From IMG/VR virus record IMGVR_UViG_3300037467_000966: a stretch of 64,000 nt of DNA. One strand, 5' to 3'. Under the pieces are notes generated by a model that was given only the letters and a program-made list of their open reading frames with translations, ran no database searches and had not been told where the DNA came from. This stretch comes from a virus (lineage: Duplodnaviria > Heunggongvirae > Uroviricota > Caudoviricetes). Of this stretch, positions 36,438-46,124 are shown one piece after another (positions within the stretch are counted from its first letter, which is position 1; each line of letters begins with the position of its first letter). Position numbers and translations under genes: made by a program.

Positions 36438-36749
36438 TCACCACTCCTTATCTAACATTCGGGCTGCGGCCTTATTGCTGGTCTCACCCTTCTCAACTGG
36501 GACAGCGTGCCCTCGCTCAATCCAACAGCTAACATAGCTCTGACCATAACCTGTTCCGCCATTAGTATACTTTCTTCCTCTCATCTCTGAAAACTGCTGG
36601 TCATTATGCGGACTAGTTGCTAAATAGTAAGCGCTAAAGAACTGGTCTCCTGGGTCACATACTTCAAAGACTCTCCCTATGGCAGACCTCTTTTTATCAT
36701 ACCAGTGGCCGCTAAATCCATCTTCTATTATTTGAACGAACATTCTCAT
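36438..36749 (-). CDS. KEW-tail family small protein (...AAARMLDKEW), dispersed copy
   Basis: C-terminal family motif. Confidence 0.6.
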   Translation of the reverse strand: MRMFVQIIEDGFSGHWYDKKRSAIGRVFEVCDPGDQFFSAYYLATSPHNDQQFSEMRGRKYTNGGTGYGQSYVSCWIERGHAVPVEKGETSNKAAARMLDKEW

Positions 36750-36760
36750 CCCTCCACTTC

Positions 36761-36794
36761 ACACAAAAAAAGGAGAAGACCGAAGCCCTCTCCT
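36761..36794 (-). terminator. Intrinsic terminator (RNA GGAGAGGGC-UUCG-GUCUUCUCC then U7)
   Basis: Fully paired 9-bp stem with GU wobbles and UUCG tetraloop, followed by a U7 run. Confidence 0.7.
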
Positions 36795-36800
36795 AATTTA

Positions 36801-37919
36801 TTAATATGCTAATTTGTAGTTCACACCAGTATCATATTGTTGTTTGATAACAATACCACTTACTTGAACTTCTTCTGTTGGGTCTCCCTCTTCATCTGTT
36901 ACATTCACCGTGATAGCATCAGCAGGAACAGTCATTTGAGTTACCTCTTCGACAATCGTAGCTGGATTAAAGCTCAATGAGAAGTATTTGCCACTGCCCA
37001 TATAGCCATCCAATCGAATCTCTTCAGAGAATAAGTCTAAACGCTGACTCTTTAGGTCATGTGACTTACCATCAGAGAATACAACTTTTACATTGTAACG
37101 TTGGTCATCTGTATTCAAGATGTTCAGGTCACCAATAGCCTCCTTGAACGAATACCCTTCATTTAATTCAAACGCGATTGCACGTAGACTGTCGTAGTTA
37201 AGCTTCACACGATTTGCAAATGATACAACATGGTTGATTTCGCCATGATATTCTGGAGCAACCTTATCTCCTAAATACTCTTGAATCTCAGCAGATGATG
37301 GATAGTCAAAGCGAATGTGATAATGGAAGCGACCAGGGCGGCTCAACATGAACTCATTTACTCGATTCAAATCATTAACAGTGATAGCATACAATCTCTT
37401 CTGTTGAGATGTACCATCGAACAGACCCAATAGATTGTCTTGATTCTCAACATTAGGATTCTGTTGTTGATTACCGCCACCGCCAAATTGATGACCACGA
37501 TTAGAAGCAAACATCTTCTCGAATTCATCAAAGATAACTAAGCATTCTTGTTCAATCTCCTCAATGAAATCAGCAATGCCTGGGAATGCCTTCGTAACCA
37601 TGACAACTGGAATACCCTTCGCAACAACTGCTTCTGCAATCAATTGAACGAACATTGATTTACCCATGCCTTTTTTACCAGAAAGGATAATACCCATGCT
37701 ACGATTAAACTTCTCGTAAGATTTCAAAACTTTTGTAATCTTCTCAGCATGAGAGCCATAGATTTTCTCCTCAGTAGTTTCAAAGCTTGTTACCTCTGTC
37801 AAATAAAAGCCCATCATTGGATGGAACTCCACCTTGTATGTAGCTGCTGGAAGTTCGTTGTAAGTTTTAAGGTCATCACCATAAATTCTAAATGTTTTAC
37901 CAGTACCGACGATTTTCAT
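36801..37919 (-). CDS. P-loop NTPase (Walker A GKKGMGKS, Walker B LVIFDEFE)
   Basis: 372-aa ORF with central ATPase motifs. Confidence 0.7.
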   Translation of the reverse strand: MKIVGTGKTFRIYGDDLKTYNELPAATYKVEFHPMMGFYLTEVTSFETTEEKIYGSHAEKITKVLKSYEKFNRSMGIILSGKKGMGKSMFVQLIAEAVVAKGIPVVMVTKAFPGIADFIEEIEQECLVIFDEFEKMFASNRGHQFGGGGNQQQNPNVENQDNLLGLFDGTSQQKRLYAITVNDLNRVNEFMLSRPGRFHYHIRFDYPSSAEIQEYLGDKVAPEYHGEINHVVSFANRVKLNYDSLRAIAFELNEGYSFKEAIGDLNILNTDDQRYNVKVVFSDGKSHDLKSQRLDLFSEEIRLDGYMGSGKYFSLSFNPATIVEEVTQMTVPADAITVNVTDEEGDPTEEVQVSGIVIKQQYDTGVNYKLAY

Positions 37920-37941
37920 AATTAATTCCTCCAGTTTGTTT

Positions 37942-38148
37942 TTAATAGTTTTCTTCTTCCATCCATGTCTTCACTAACTCTAGCATTTCTTCATTGCTAT
38001 CAAACTCTGTTACATCCAACCAACTGTTGTTCACTCGAACTAAGAGCCAGTTCCAGCCCCATGCAACAATCACATGAGGGCCGTAACCATCTCGTCCGAA
38101 TCTTCCATCGCAGAAGCTTTCGATTTCCATGCCAACTTTTAGTTCCAT
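37942..38148 (-). CDS. Small hypothetical protein
   Basis: 68-aa ORF. Confidence 0.45.
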   Translation of the reverse strand: MELKVGMEIESFCDGRFGRDGYGPHVIVAWGWNWLLVRVNNSWLDVTEFDSNEEMLELVKTWMEEENY

Positions 38149-38151
38149 GAC

Positions 38152-40233
38152 TTAATCCCAACGGTCAATCTTCACAAGCTGAGTAGTGGCACCAGTTGTA
38201 ACTTTCAGTGTCACATTCCAGTCTTGGTCTTTATTGAATCCAATACCACATGCACTTGCTTCATCAGCACCTTCGATTGTCGCATTCGCCGCAAAGTGCT
38301 CAAGCGTTCTACGAATTTCACGAAGCTCTGAAATCAAATGCTCGTTGAAGAATCCACGGCCTGCACCTTCAGATGTATCCTTCACATCTTTCAATAAGAA
38401 GAATGTGTGGTTACCAGCTTCAGGAGCCTGCTTCTCACCCCAAAGATTTGGAGAAGTGGTAATACCCGTTACTTCAACGAATGTGTTTTGTCCAGCAGTC
38501 CAGCTTTCATCAGATGTGATAGCTGCATGACGAATGTGACTTACTTCACCGTTGACATAATCAAATTCAAATACATCAACTTGGTATCCAGTTGAGCCAG
38601 ATACGCCGTTGTAAGTGAATTTCTTGCCATTACGTAATGCAAGTTCGACTTTAAATGCCGTCTTACCAGTTCCACGCTCGCAGAAGTTATGAACATAGAA
38701 GCGATAACGTCCGTTAGGAGCGCCAGTTGCAAAGCGAATGTTTTCTACTGGATGTGGATTGCGATGACCACCGCCATTCATATCAATGTCAAGGTAACCG
38801 CCGCTTCGACGACCACGCTTGTCACTCCAGTAAATGTGTTCACCGTATGGTGTTTCACCATGCAAGTCTAAGTCAGTAAATCCTTCCCATGCTAGAGACA
38901 CACGAATGTCGTTATTTTCATAACGTCCGCCCGCTGCTTCAACACGCTCTTTGATTTCAGCATCCACACCACCATGATAATACCAGCTGAATGTGTTATC
39001 CCAACGCAACATGTTTGGTGCGCCTTCGACAGCAGCTGTAACCAATGCCATGAAGCGGTCAGGATTGTCAATCAATGCTTCAATCTTGTCAGCCGTAGGC
39101 AATACAGTTCTTTGGAACTTAGCCCATGTCATAACAGTTGATGGAAGATTGCTGACGTTTCCTTGCTTAGGCTTTGTATCCTTTGGAGTCAAATGACCGA
39201 ATACACCGCCTGTAGTTTTTGGTGCTGCAGCTTGCTCTACTGCCTTAGGCCACCAGAACATGGCTGGCACTTCTTCAATCTTTGCATAACGACGCTTTAA
39301 TGAGTCAGCACTTACAAGGCCAGCTTCTACAAACTTCGCAAAAATCTTTTCATCTTCACGAATCTTATTAGCTGTTGGAGCAGACTGAGCACGCATGAAT
39401 GTTGCTGGATTTAAACGCTGTGCTAATGCGCGACCAGCTTCAGCCAATGATGCGCCGCCATTGATATCATTCAATGTTTGACCAACGTTAGAGCTGTTAG
39501 ATGGAATGAATCCAGTTGGTGCGCCTACTGCTGCTAACCATAGGAAGTTTTCCTTCTGCTTACGGTCTGCAAATGTATCAAGCTTAACTAGCACATTGCG
39601 GAACCATTCAGCAGCTGGAACATAACGCTCACCACGGTAAACCGTTTCAGATTTTAATAAAGCAATAACAGATTCAACCGTTTCAACATTGTGCTGAGAA
39701 GACACACGACGTAGAACATTGTAGTCCTCACGCTTTGCAGCAGATACTTGATAAGCAGTACGAAGAACGCTACGGTTAGCCATTCCTTCTGGTAGACGAA
39801 CGTGAACGTGTGTCCACTCACCAGTCTTAGGAGTACCTAATACACGAGCATCAGGAATAAATACACCATCAACACGGGCATTTTGTACAGCTTGTTGCAT
39901 CGCTGCTACTGCTGGCCCGAAGAATGTTGGTACACTTGCAAAATCAAGAATAGCAGAGCGTTGGTTTCCATCAGCATCAATCGTTACAAGACCGCCATAA
40001 CGAGTCCAGAATTGACGGCAACCATGACAAGTATAATGCTGGCGTGTTCCCTCTTTGTGCTCTGGAAGGTTTGCCAAGTACAACTCGTACAACTCTTCTC
40101 TTGCAGTAGTCGTGAACAATTGCTTGCCGCCATCAATCATCTTATCGAAATGAGCCTGAACAGCAGCCTCAAATTGTGGGTAACCATCACGTACAGAATC
40201 CTCGTTAGTGTAAACATTGAATAAGTTAGTCAT
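38152..40233 (-). CDS. Large hypothetical protein (693 aa) downstream-coupled to the ATPase gene
   Basis: Long ORF with no motif recognisable by eye. Confidence 0.7.
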   Translation of the reverse strand: MTNLFNVYTNEDSVRDGYPQFEAAVQAHFDKMIDGGKQLFTTTAREELYELYLANLPEHKEGTRQHYTCHGCRQFWTRYGGLVTIDADGNQRSAILDFASVPTFFGPAVAAMQQAVQNARVDGVFIPDARVLGTPKTGEWTHVHVRLPEGMANRSVLRTAYQVSAAKREDYNVLRRVSSQHNVETVESVIALLKSETVYRGERYVPAAEWFRNVLVKLDTFADRKQKENFLWLAAVGAPTGFIPSNSSNVGQTLNDINGGASLAEAGRALAQRLNPATFMRAQSAPTANKIREDEKIFAKFVEAGLVSADSLKRRYAKIEEVPAMFWWPKAVEQAAAPKTTGGVFGHLTPKDTKPKQGNVSNLPSTVMTWAKFQRTVLPTADKIEALIDNPDRFMALVTAAVEGAPNMLRWDNTFSWYYHGGVDAEIKERVEAAGGRYENNDIRVSLAWEGFTDLDLHGETPYGEHIYWSDKRGRRSGGYLDIDMNGGGHRNPHPVENIRFATGAPNGRYRFYVHNFCERGTGKTAFKVELALRNGKKFTYNGVSGSTGYQVDVFEFDYVNGEVSHIRHAAITSDESWTAGQNTFVEVTGITTSPNLWGEKQAPEAGNHTFFLLKDVKDTSEGAGRGFFNEHLISELREIRRTLEHFAANATIEGADEASACGIGFNKDQDWNVTLKVTTGATTQLVKIDRWD

Positions 40234-40285
40234 TAAAATCGTCTCCTTTTTTACATCCGAATTTTTGTTAGCAAACCAATAACAA

Positions 40286-40480
40286 TTAGTTAATTACCCT
40301 TGCATTGATGTAATTCATAACAGTTGGTACGACTTCATCAATGAATTCTCTTGCATTTAAACCAGCAACATTGTTGTAAACATACCCTAAAGATTCACAT
40401 GTCTTGTCTCCTAATTTGCCTACGGCGCTGAGCGCAACGTCAGCCAAAATGAACATGACCGCGATGTCTTGCATCCTCAT
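40286..40480 (-). CDS. Small hypothetical protein
   Basis: 64-aa ORF. Confidence 0.4.
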   Translation of the reverse strand: MRMQDIAVMFILADVALSAVGKLGDKTCESLGYVYNNVAGLNAREFIDEVVPTVMNYINARVIN

Positions 40481-40481
40481 C

Positions 40482-40766
40482 TTATTTCCTCCTTAGATTC
40501 ATCGTATAATCCCTGGACTTATGAACACTACACATCCAGTTATCAACTTGTCGTTGCAAGTGAGAGCTTGTTTCAAACATGGCTATTAACTTACCCCATG
40601 CTAAATCAACTAAGCCATAACGATAGGATACTTTTTTCCCACTATCATCGACAATTTTAGTGAGATTAAGAGCAACAACCATGTACTGTCTGCCGCGCAT
40701 CATATCGTCAACAAATATTAAATCCCCTTCTCCTACTTCTGGATTTTCATTAATATGGACATCCAT
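40482..40766 (-). CDS. Hypothetical protein
   Basis: 94-aa ORF. Confidence 0.5.
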   Translation of the reverse strand: MDVHINENPEVGEGDLIFVDDMMRGRQYMVVALNLTKIVDDSGKKVSYRYGLVDLAWGKLIAMFETSSHLQRQVDNWMCSVHKSRDYTMNLRRK

Positions 40767-40770
40767 TATA

Positions 40771-41148
40771 TCAGCCTCCTACGTAAATTACATCAACAGC
40801 ATCTTTGTCATCTTCTTTAGCAGATGTATAAACATCGCTGCTGTAACGAGTATAATCAAATGCATCAACAAAATCACGACGCTCCAATACCATCTTGCGC
40901 TGTGAAGCATAAGCATTAACGGTAGCGTTACCCATCTCCATGCTGTTGTGAGTATGAGCCACGATTAAAGCATTGTCGGGCGCATCCTTAAATTTTTCTT
41001 TCATTTGTCCCCAAGTTAATTGACTAGCCATATTATCTACTCCTTCGCAAACCAGTATCGTAAAGCAAAATAAAGAATAACAATAGGTATAATAGCGGGC
41101 CAATAATGCCCTATAAAGTGAAGTTTCTGAAGCTCCAATTGCCACCAA
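40771..41148 (-). CDS. Hypothetical protein (true start may be the internal ATG near 41031)
   Basis: 125-aa ORF with an odd N-terminal segment. Confidence 0.4.
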   Translation of the reverse strand: MVAIGASETSLYRALLARYYTYCYSLFCFTILVCEGVDNMASQLTWGQMKEKFKDAPDNALIVAHTHNSMEMGNATVNAYASQRKMVLERRDFVDAFDYTRYSSDVYTSAKEDDKDAVDVIYVGG

Positions 41149-41167
41149 TCATGAAAGAAACTATTCA

Positions 41168-41632
41168 TCAAAGCTCATCCTCATTGCATACTGGAAAAGC
41201 TTGATAATCATCTCTAGTAGAGAACACTCTGCCATTCCAACAGATGTAGTTGTATTTAAGGTCCTTTGCTGTGTGTATACATTCCCGCCAGGATTTTGGC
41301 ATCATCCTCTTTGCGTCAAACACATCCCTCCAGCCATTTGGCTTTGGCTCTTCAATATATTCCATGAACTTATGAGAATATAAATCCAGAAATCCAAGCG
41401 AGATATCTTTCTCCCTGCCATCGGCTAGCCTGCCTATCATCCGATTCATCTGTGGATTACACCAGAAATAAAGAACAGGAGTCAGCCGAGTATTTGTACT
41501 TGACCAACATCCTGAATCAGGGTTGTTCCAATCTTCGTTGTACTTCAAACCATTTTCACTAACAGTCGTTACTTTCTTGCCAGATTTCAGCATCTCGTAA
41601 AGTTCGACTGACTTTTGCCCTATATTAATCAT
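41168..41632 (-). CDS. Hypothetical protein
   Basis: 154-aa ORF. Confidence 0.55.
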   Translation of the reverse strand: MINIGQKSVELYEMLKSGKKVTTVSENGLKYNEDWNNPDSGCWSSTNTRLTPVLYFWCNPQMNRMIGRLADGREKDISLGFLDLYSHKFMEYIEEPKPNGWRDVFDAKRMMPKSWRECIHTAKDLKYNYICWNGRVFSTRDDYQAFPVCNEDEL

Positions 41633-42882
41633 TTGCTCTCTCCTTTGATTTGTTTTATAAGAGCAGCCTGTCTCTTTCTTTTGTCATCCCACGCTTTCAT
41701 GCCTTCAAGTTCCTTATTACCTTTAACTTTAGAAATCTCATTAGCCCAGAATAGAAATGGCCCGTAATTAGAATGTCCTTCATGTAATCCATTCCGACCA
41801 CGAGCATCTGCTAATCCTAATTGAGCAAGACCTTCAACACCCAATGCACTTTTTCTAGCTCCTTCAATCATATCGACTTTCTTCACGTCCCTCATTTCAT
41901 GAACACGATGAAATCTCATATGATTAAGAACGCCAAAATGAGCGGCATTAAACCATTTTTTCGGAAGCTTCAAACGAATACATATTTCTTCTAGCGGTGC
42001 TACACCAGCTTCTTCATGACCATGATGCTTAGGCCACAACTCTTTAGGAGTACGAGCCTTACCAAAGTCATGACAAAGAGCAGTAAATCTCCTTTCAACT
42101 TGGTCTGTTAGCTTGCACATCTCAGACAAAACCTGCATCGTATGATTATACGCATCACCCTCTGGATGATGTTCAGGATGTTGCTCCACACCAATTAAGT
42201 CATAAACTTCTTTGAAGTGAACCTGTAGGCACTGCCCATTTTTCAGTACTTCAAAAAACTTTTCTGGGTGGTCAGACTCTAAAGCTTTTTCTAGTTCAAG
42301 ATAAACACGTTCAACCGATAATGACTTCATCTCCTCTTGTAGAGTTTCATCCTTCATCATTTCTAATGTATTCGGATGTACATCAAATCCTAATTGAGCA
42401 GCAAATCGTGCGGCCCGATAAACCCTTAATGGGTCTTCTTTAAACGCTTCTGTTGTTGCATTGATTATTTTATTCTTAATGTCTCTCTGACCGCTAAATG
42501 GGTCATAAAGCTCATCTCGAAGAATGTTATAAGCAATCGCATTCATTGTAAAATCACGACGAGATAAGTCTTCTTCAATCGTAATGTCGGGACTAGAATC
42601 TATTTCAAATCCTCTGTGTCCTTCGCCCACTTTCTTTTCTCTCCTAGCAAAAGCTACCTCACATATTTCTTCTCCGATTTCTAGAAGATATACATGAAAG
42701 CTAAGCCCAACAGAATAAGCACGAGGAAATAATCTTTCAAATTGTTCTCCTGTTAAACCAGTAACACAATAATCATTATCATGAACGGGAATGCCCAAGA
42801 TTTTATTACGGATGCTGCCACCCACACGGTAAGCAATACCCCCAGCTTCATGCACTGCATTAGCAAATTCCATTTCGTTCAT
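41629..42882 (-). CDS. cca: CCA-adding tRNA nucleotidyltransferase (class II NTase head plus HD domain)
   Basis: GGSIRNKILGIPVHDNDY (GG-x-VRD-x-LLG...DxD) and C-terminal HD motif CHDFGK. Confidence 0.85.
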   Translation of the reverse strand: MNEMEFANAVHEAGGIAYRVGGSIRNKILGIPVHDNDYCVTGLTGEQFERLFPRAYSVGLSFHVYLLEIGEEICEVAFARREKKVGEGHRGFEIDSSPDITIEEDLSRRDFTMNAIAYNILRDELYDPFSGQRDIKNKIINATTEAFKEDPLRVYRAARFAAQLGFDVHPNTLEMMKDETLQEEMKSLSVERVYLELEKALESDHPEKFFEVLKNGQCLQVHFKEVYDLIGVEQHPEHHPEGDAYNHTMQVLSEMCKLTDQVERRFTALCHDFGKARTPKELWPKHHGHEEAGVAPLEEICIRLKLPKKWFNAAHFGVLNHMRFHRVHEMRDVKKVDMIEGARKSALGVEGLAQLGLADARGRNGLHEGHSNYGPFLFWANEISKVKGNKELEGMKAWDDKRKRQAALIKQIKGESK

Positions 42883-42892
42883 CTAATCACTC

Positions 42893-43117
42893 CTAGTCAC
42901 ATAATAATTGAACAGCCTTTTTTAGTTCAGCCTTGTTAATATGAATAACGCGGCTTTCTGTTTCACCATAAGAGCCATATATATAAAGTTCAACAGAGTC
43001 TCTATAATGAGAAGACTCCTCTAAGGCAACGTTTGTTTGTATGCCATCGTGATTGCCAGTGCCATGGTCTTGTACTTCAACTTCAATTTTAATTTTTGCC
43101 ATCACGCTTCCCTCCAA
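42893..43117 (-). CDS. Small hypothetical protein
   Basis: 74-aa ORF. Confidence 0.45.
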   Translation of the reverse strand: MEGSVMAKIKIEVEVQDHGTGNHDGIQTNVALEESSHYRDSVELYIYGSYGETESRVIHINKAELKKAVQLLCD

Positions 43118-43284
43118 AATTTATTGCACGTTGGACAATAGAATTCATCAATGCTGCCCACATCTTCTGTAGCAGGCAAAGAACCTAGAACCACGATATT
43201 ATGAAAAGCATCTCGACAGATGCCTTCTTCAGCTTGAATAAAGCGACGGGTAGGATATTCCTTTTCTTCATTTGGATTTGTCAT
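43102..43284 (-). CDS. Small protein with CPTC motif
   Basis: 60-aa ORF. Confidence 0.4.
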   Translation of the reverse strand: MTNPNEEKEYPTRRFIQAEEGICRDAFHNIVVLGSLPATEDVGSIDEFYCPTCNKFWREA

Positions 43285-43466
43285 CAGAACGGCTCCTTAT
43301 AAGTTAGTACTAGCTTGCCATCAAATACAATCAGACTGATTGGTTCAATGTACGGGTTCCTATCAATAAAGCTTTCATATCCATGAGCAAATACGAACGT
43401 TTCAACTAACAGCTTTCTTGCTGGTGGCATTGACGGCTTCAACAGTTCTAACGGGTCCATTCTCAT
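43284..43466 (-). CDS. Small hypothetical protein
   Basis: 60-aa ORF. Confidence 0.35.
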   Translation of the reverse strand: MRMDPLELLKPSMPPARKLLVETFVFAHGYESFIDRNPYIEPISLIVFDGKLVLTYKEPF

Positions 43467-43551
43467 TCTCCTTTACGATAATTTTATTTAAGTATTGCTG
43501 GGTTAAATGCGATAATCCTTTTTCATTTACCTTTGTATTTATCTTCGGCAT
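43402..43551 (-). CDS. Small basic protein (internal start MPKINTK...). Overlaps the previous ORF, so one of the two may be spurious.
   Basis: 49-aa ORF. Confidence 0.25.
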   Translation of the reverse strand: MPKINTKVNEKGLSHLTQQYLNKIIVKENENGPVRTVEAVNATSKKAVS

Positions 43552-43659
43552 TGTGATTCTCCTCCTCCATTGGTGCTTCTTTAAACTGGTCAAAAATAAA
43601 AGTAGCAAAGTAAGCTATGCATGCGGCAATTAAATACCACCACCAATGTAAATGCATGA

Positions 43660-44271
43660 CTAGCCTCCAATCGGTTTAAAATACATCATCCAGCCAGCTA
43701 ATTCAAGCTGACGCTTAGCTTTCAAAAATATGTAGTCGAGATTCTCACCCAACTTAATTGTTCCATCTTCTTCAAGATGCTTACATGGAATCCATATATT
43801 CTGATTGGTTTGGAATCCGTCAGCGCTGCTGATAATCACATAGCGCTTAGCATTGTAGCCTTTATAACTTCTATCAATCAGTCGAATCGGAATGCCCTTG
43901 TAATTCTGAACATCAAAATTCAATCTTGCATCTCCTCCTTCTGATAACACATCACTAATCTTAGCGAAAACAAATTCACTAAATGGAACTTCACCAATTG
44001 CTTTCATCTTACGTGGTGACAGAGCAACCATATTGGCATCAAACATGATGTCCACAAAATAAAAAGTACGATTACGATAAGAAACTTTATCCCCAAATTT
44101 CATTACGATTTCCCCCTCTACATTGAACATGACGCAATGGTCATCATTACAAAAACAATTAGAAAAGCAATGCCAAGGCATCCCCATTCTCTGCCTGGTC
44201 CCCAGAAAATAAGATAACAAAGAAACAATAAGATAATCGTTGTAAGCAACATAAAATTCCCTCCCCTTCAC
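43660..44271 (-). CDS. Hypothetical protein (real start probably internal MKFGDK...)
   Basis: 203-aa track ORF. Confidence 0.5.
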   Translation of the reverse strand: MKGREFYVAYNDYLIVSLLSYFLGTRQRMGMPWHCFSNCFCNDDHCVMFNVEGEIVMKFGDKVSYRNRTFYFVDIMFDANMVALSPRKMKAIGEVPFSEFVFAKISDVLSEGGDARLNFDVQNYKGIPIRLIDRSYKGYNAKRYVIISSADGFQTNQNIWIPCKHLEEDGTIKLGENLDYIFLKAKRQLELAGWMMYFKPIGG

Positions 44272-44303
44272 ACAAAAAAAGGGCTGCCCCGAAGGACAAC
44301 CCT
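44271..44303 (-). terminator. Intrinsic terminator (RNA GGGUUGUCC-UUCG-GGGCAGCCC then U7)
   Basis: Immediately after the SPFH gene stop. Confidence 0.7.
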
Positions 44304-44310
44304 AGTTTAA

Positions 44311-45333
44311 TTATTTAGATGCTGGTAATTGAATCATTGGTGTGTTGCCACCTTGAACCTGAGGAACAGAACCATTCCATTTCTTAATCCAGTTATCTTG
44401 AATGATAGCAGGAGTTAATGATTGTTCCAGCTTAGCATTCGCCTTAGCTTGTGCATCAGCCTTGATTTGTACTTCTTTAGCAGCAGCTTGAGCCTGAATA
44501 ACTTGAACCTGAGCCTTGTTGTCGGCGTCAATCTTATCGTTAATCATCTCTTGCTCTTTGTTGCGTTGCTCACGCTTTAAGAACTCATTACGGTTCTGTG
44601 CATCAGCAATTTGCTGTAAGGATTTCAATGTTGTCTTATCAGGACGAACATCAGATAATGCGAAACTTTCAAGCATGATGCCATCTTTCGCTAGAATCTT
44701 AGCAAGTTCAGACTCCATTTCTTTTGTAGCCTTGTCACGTTGTTCAGCATACATTGCTAACACTCCGTAACGAGTAGAAACTTCCTGCATAACTGTTTTA
44801 ATCTGGGTCTTAATGTAGCTCTCTTCAATTTCTGGAGCCTCTTTACGACGGAACTTGGTAAAGATATGTGGAAGCTTATCATCTTCCATGTGGTAAGAAT
44901 AAACTACGTCAACATTCACTGACTTACCATCAGAAGTATTGATGTCGAAATCTTCATTCCCTGGAGAGTTCTTTGTTTCCTTCTTAGTAAGATAAACCGT
45001 TTCAGTTGATACAGGGTACTGCGTCACATCTACCCATGGTGCATGCCAGCGTAACCCTTGGTTAAGAACTTCTTTCTTTAAGCCGCCAGACAAACTGAAC
45101 TGGACGCCTTTGTATCCAGGTTGAATAATATCAGAGCTTTGACCAATAATCGTTCCAGCAATAATAGCAGCTACAACAAACCCACCAATTTTAACAGCTT
45201 TCTTCTTGTACTTTGTGTATAATTCTTTCTCTTCGATATTTAAGTTCATGCTTCTTTCACTCCTAGTTTGTTTTTGTTGTTGTATTCTATTTAAGCCCTC
45301 GTTTAACAAGCGCTGTAAATCCTTATCATCCAT
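44311..45333 (-). CDS. SPFH/band-7 (prohibitin/HflK-like) domain membrane protein with C-terminal coiled coil
   Basis: N-terminal TM, then YKGVQFSLSGGLKKEVLNQGLRWHAPWVDV..., typical of an SPFH domain start. Confidence 0.65.
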   Translation of the reverse strand: MDDKDLQRLLNEGLNRIQQQKQTRSERSMNLNIEEKELYTKYKKKAVKIGGFVVAAIIAGTIIGQSSDIIQPGYKGVQFSLSGGLKKEVLNQGLRWHAPWVDVTQYPVSTETVYLTKKETKNSPGNEDFDINTSDGKSVNVDVVYSYHMEDDKLPHIFTKFRRKEAPEIEESYIKTQIKTVMQEVSTRYGVLAMYAEQRDKATKEMESELAKILAKDGIMLESFALSDVRPDKTTLKSLQQIADAQNRNEFLKREQRNKEQEMINDKIDADNKAQVQVIQAQAAAKEVQIKADAQAKANAKLEQSLTPAIIQDNWIKKWNGSVPQVQGGNTPMIQLPASK

Positions 45334-45452
45334 TACTTAGTACCTCCGAAAAAGATTCGCCATAACTTAACAGCCCACTTCGCTAGAATCGGGCCGTAGA
45401 AAAATCCTGCGCCAATCATTGTAATAAGTACTAGCGCATAATACATTAACAT
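45333..45452 (-). CDS. Micro membrane protein (39 aa), TAATG-coupled to the SPFH gene
   Basis: Minus-frame MLMYYALVLITMIGAGFFYGPILAKWAVKLWRIFFGGTK. Confidence 0.35.
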   Translation of the reverse strand: MLMYYALVLITMIGAGFFYGPILAKWAVKLWRIFFGGTK

Positions 45453-45461
45453 ACAATCACC

Positions 45462-45605
45462 TCAATGCATCATGGTAAGTAGTGTAAAAAATCCACCTAC
45501 CAAGAAAACTAAAAGGAGGACAATGCCTCCTAAAACCATGCCCCATCTTTTGTCCAGAATTCCAATTACAAAACAGGCAAAGACTGCCAAAAATAATGCG
45601 TACAT
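45462..45605 (-). CDS. Micro membrane protein (47 aa)
   Basis: Minus-frame MYALFLAVFACFVIGILDKRWGMVLGGIVLLLVFLVGGFFTLLTMMH. Start abuts the upstream stop. Confidence 0.35.
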   Translation of the reverse strand: MYALFLAVFACFVIGILDKRWGMVLGGIVLLLVFLVGGFFTLLTMMH

Positions 45606-45863
45606 TTAAGCCTCCATTCCGTCATCAACTAGCACAATCTTGTAGCCATCGACGCGGTCAATTAATTTTCCATACCCATTAAACGATGTGAAGCCCATTT
45701 GTTCTGTCCAGAACTTCTGTGCCAGTACAACTGCTTCAAGTGCTGAATGAGCGGCGTATAATCTACCTTCATCAACGTGAACTCCTGCTTCAGGATGTAT
45801 TGCAATACCAACCACTTTATACAATTGCTTTGGTGATACCATATTCATTAGTTCGCTTGTCAT
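45606..45863 (-). CDS. Hypothetical protein
   Basis: 85-aa ORF. Confidence 0.5.
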   Translation of the reverse strand: MTSELMNMVSPKQLYKVVGIAIHPEAGVHVDEGRLYAAHSALEAVVLAQKFWTEQMGFTSFNGYGKLIDRVDGYKIVLVDDGMEA

Positions 45864-46124
45864 TTAAAATTCCCCCTGTAATAATCTTTTTGCTTCCCTA
45901 TTAGTTCGAGCAACCAACGATTTAAATCGTGATTCATCAATGCCAATTACATCTCCAGGGTCATGCCCTTTCGATACAGTAAACTCAGTAATTCTAACTG
46001 ACCATACATCGCTGTGTCGATGCTCTGTAACAATACCTCTGAAGATATAACTGTCATCATTTCTTGAGCGATGCTGGCTGTAAAAATTATATTCACGACC
46101 AATTTCTATCTCCACGACTACCAC
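45864..46124 (-). CDS. KEW-tail-related small protein (variant ...EAKRLLQGEF)
   Basis: 86-aa ORF. Confidence 0.5.
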   Translation of the reverse strand: MVVVEIEIGREYNFYSQHRSRNDDSYIFRGIVTEHRHSDVWSVRITEFTVSKGHDPGDVIGIDESRFKSLVARTNREAKRLLQGEF

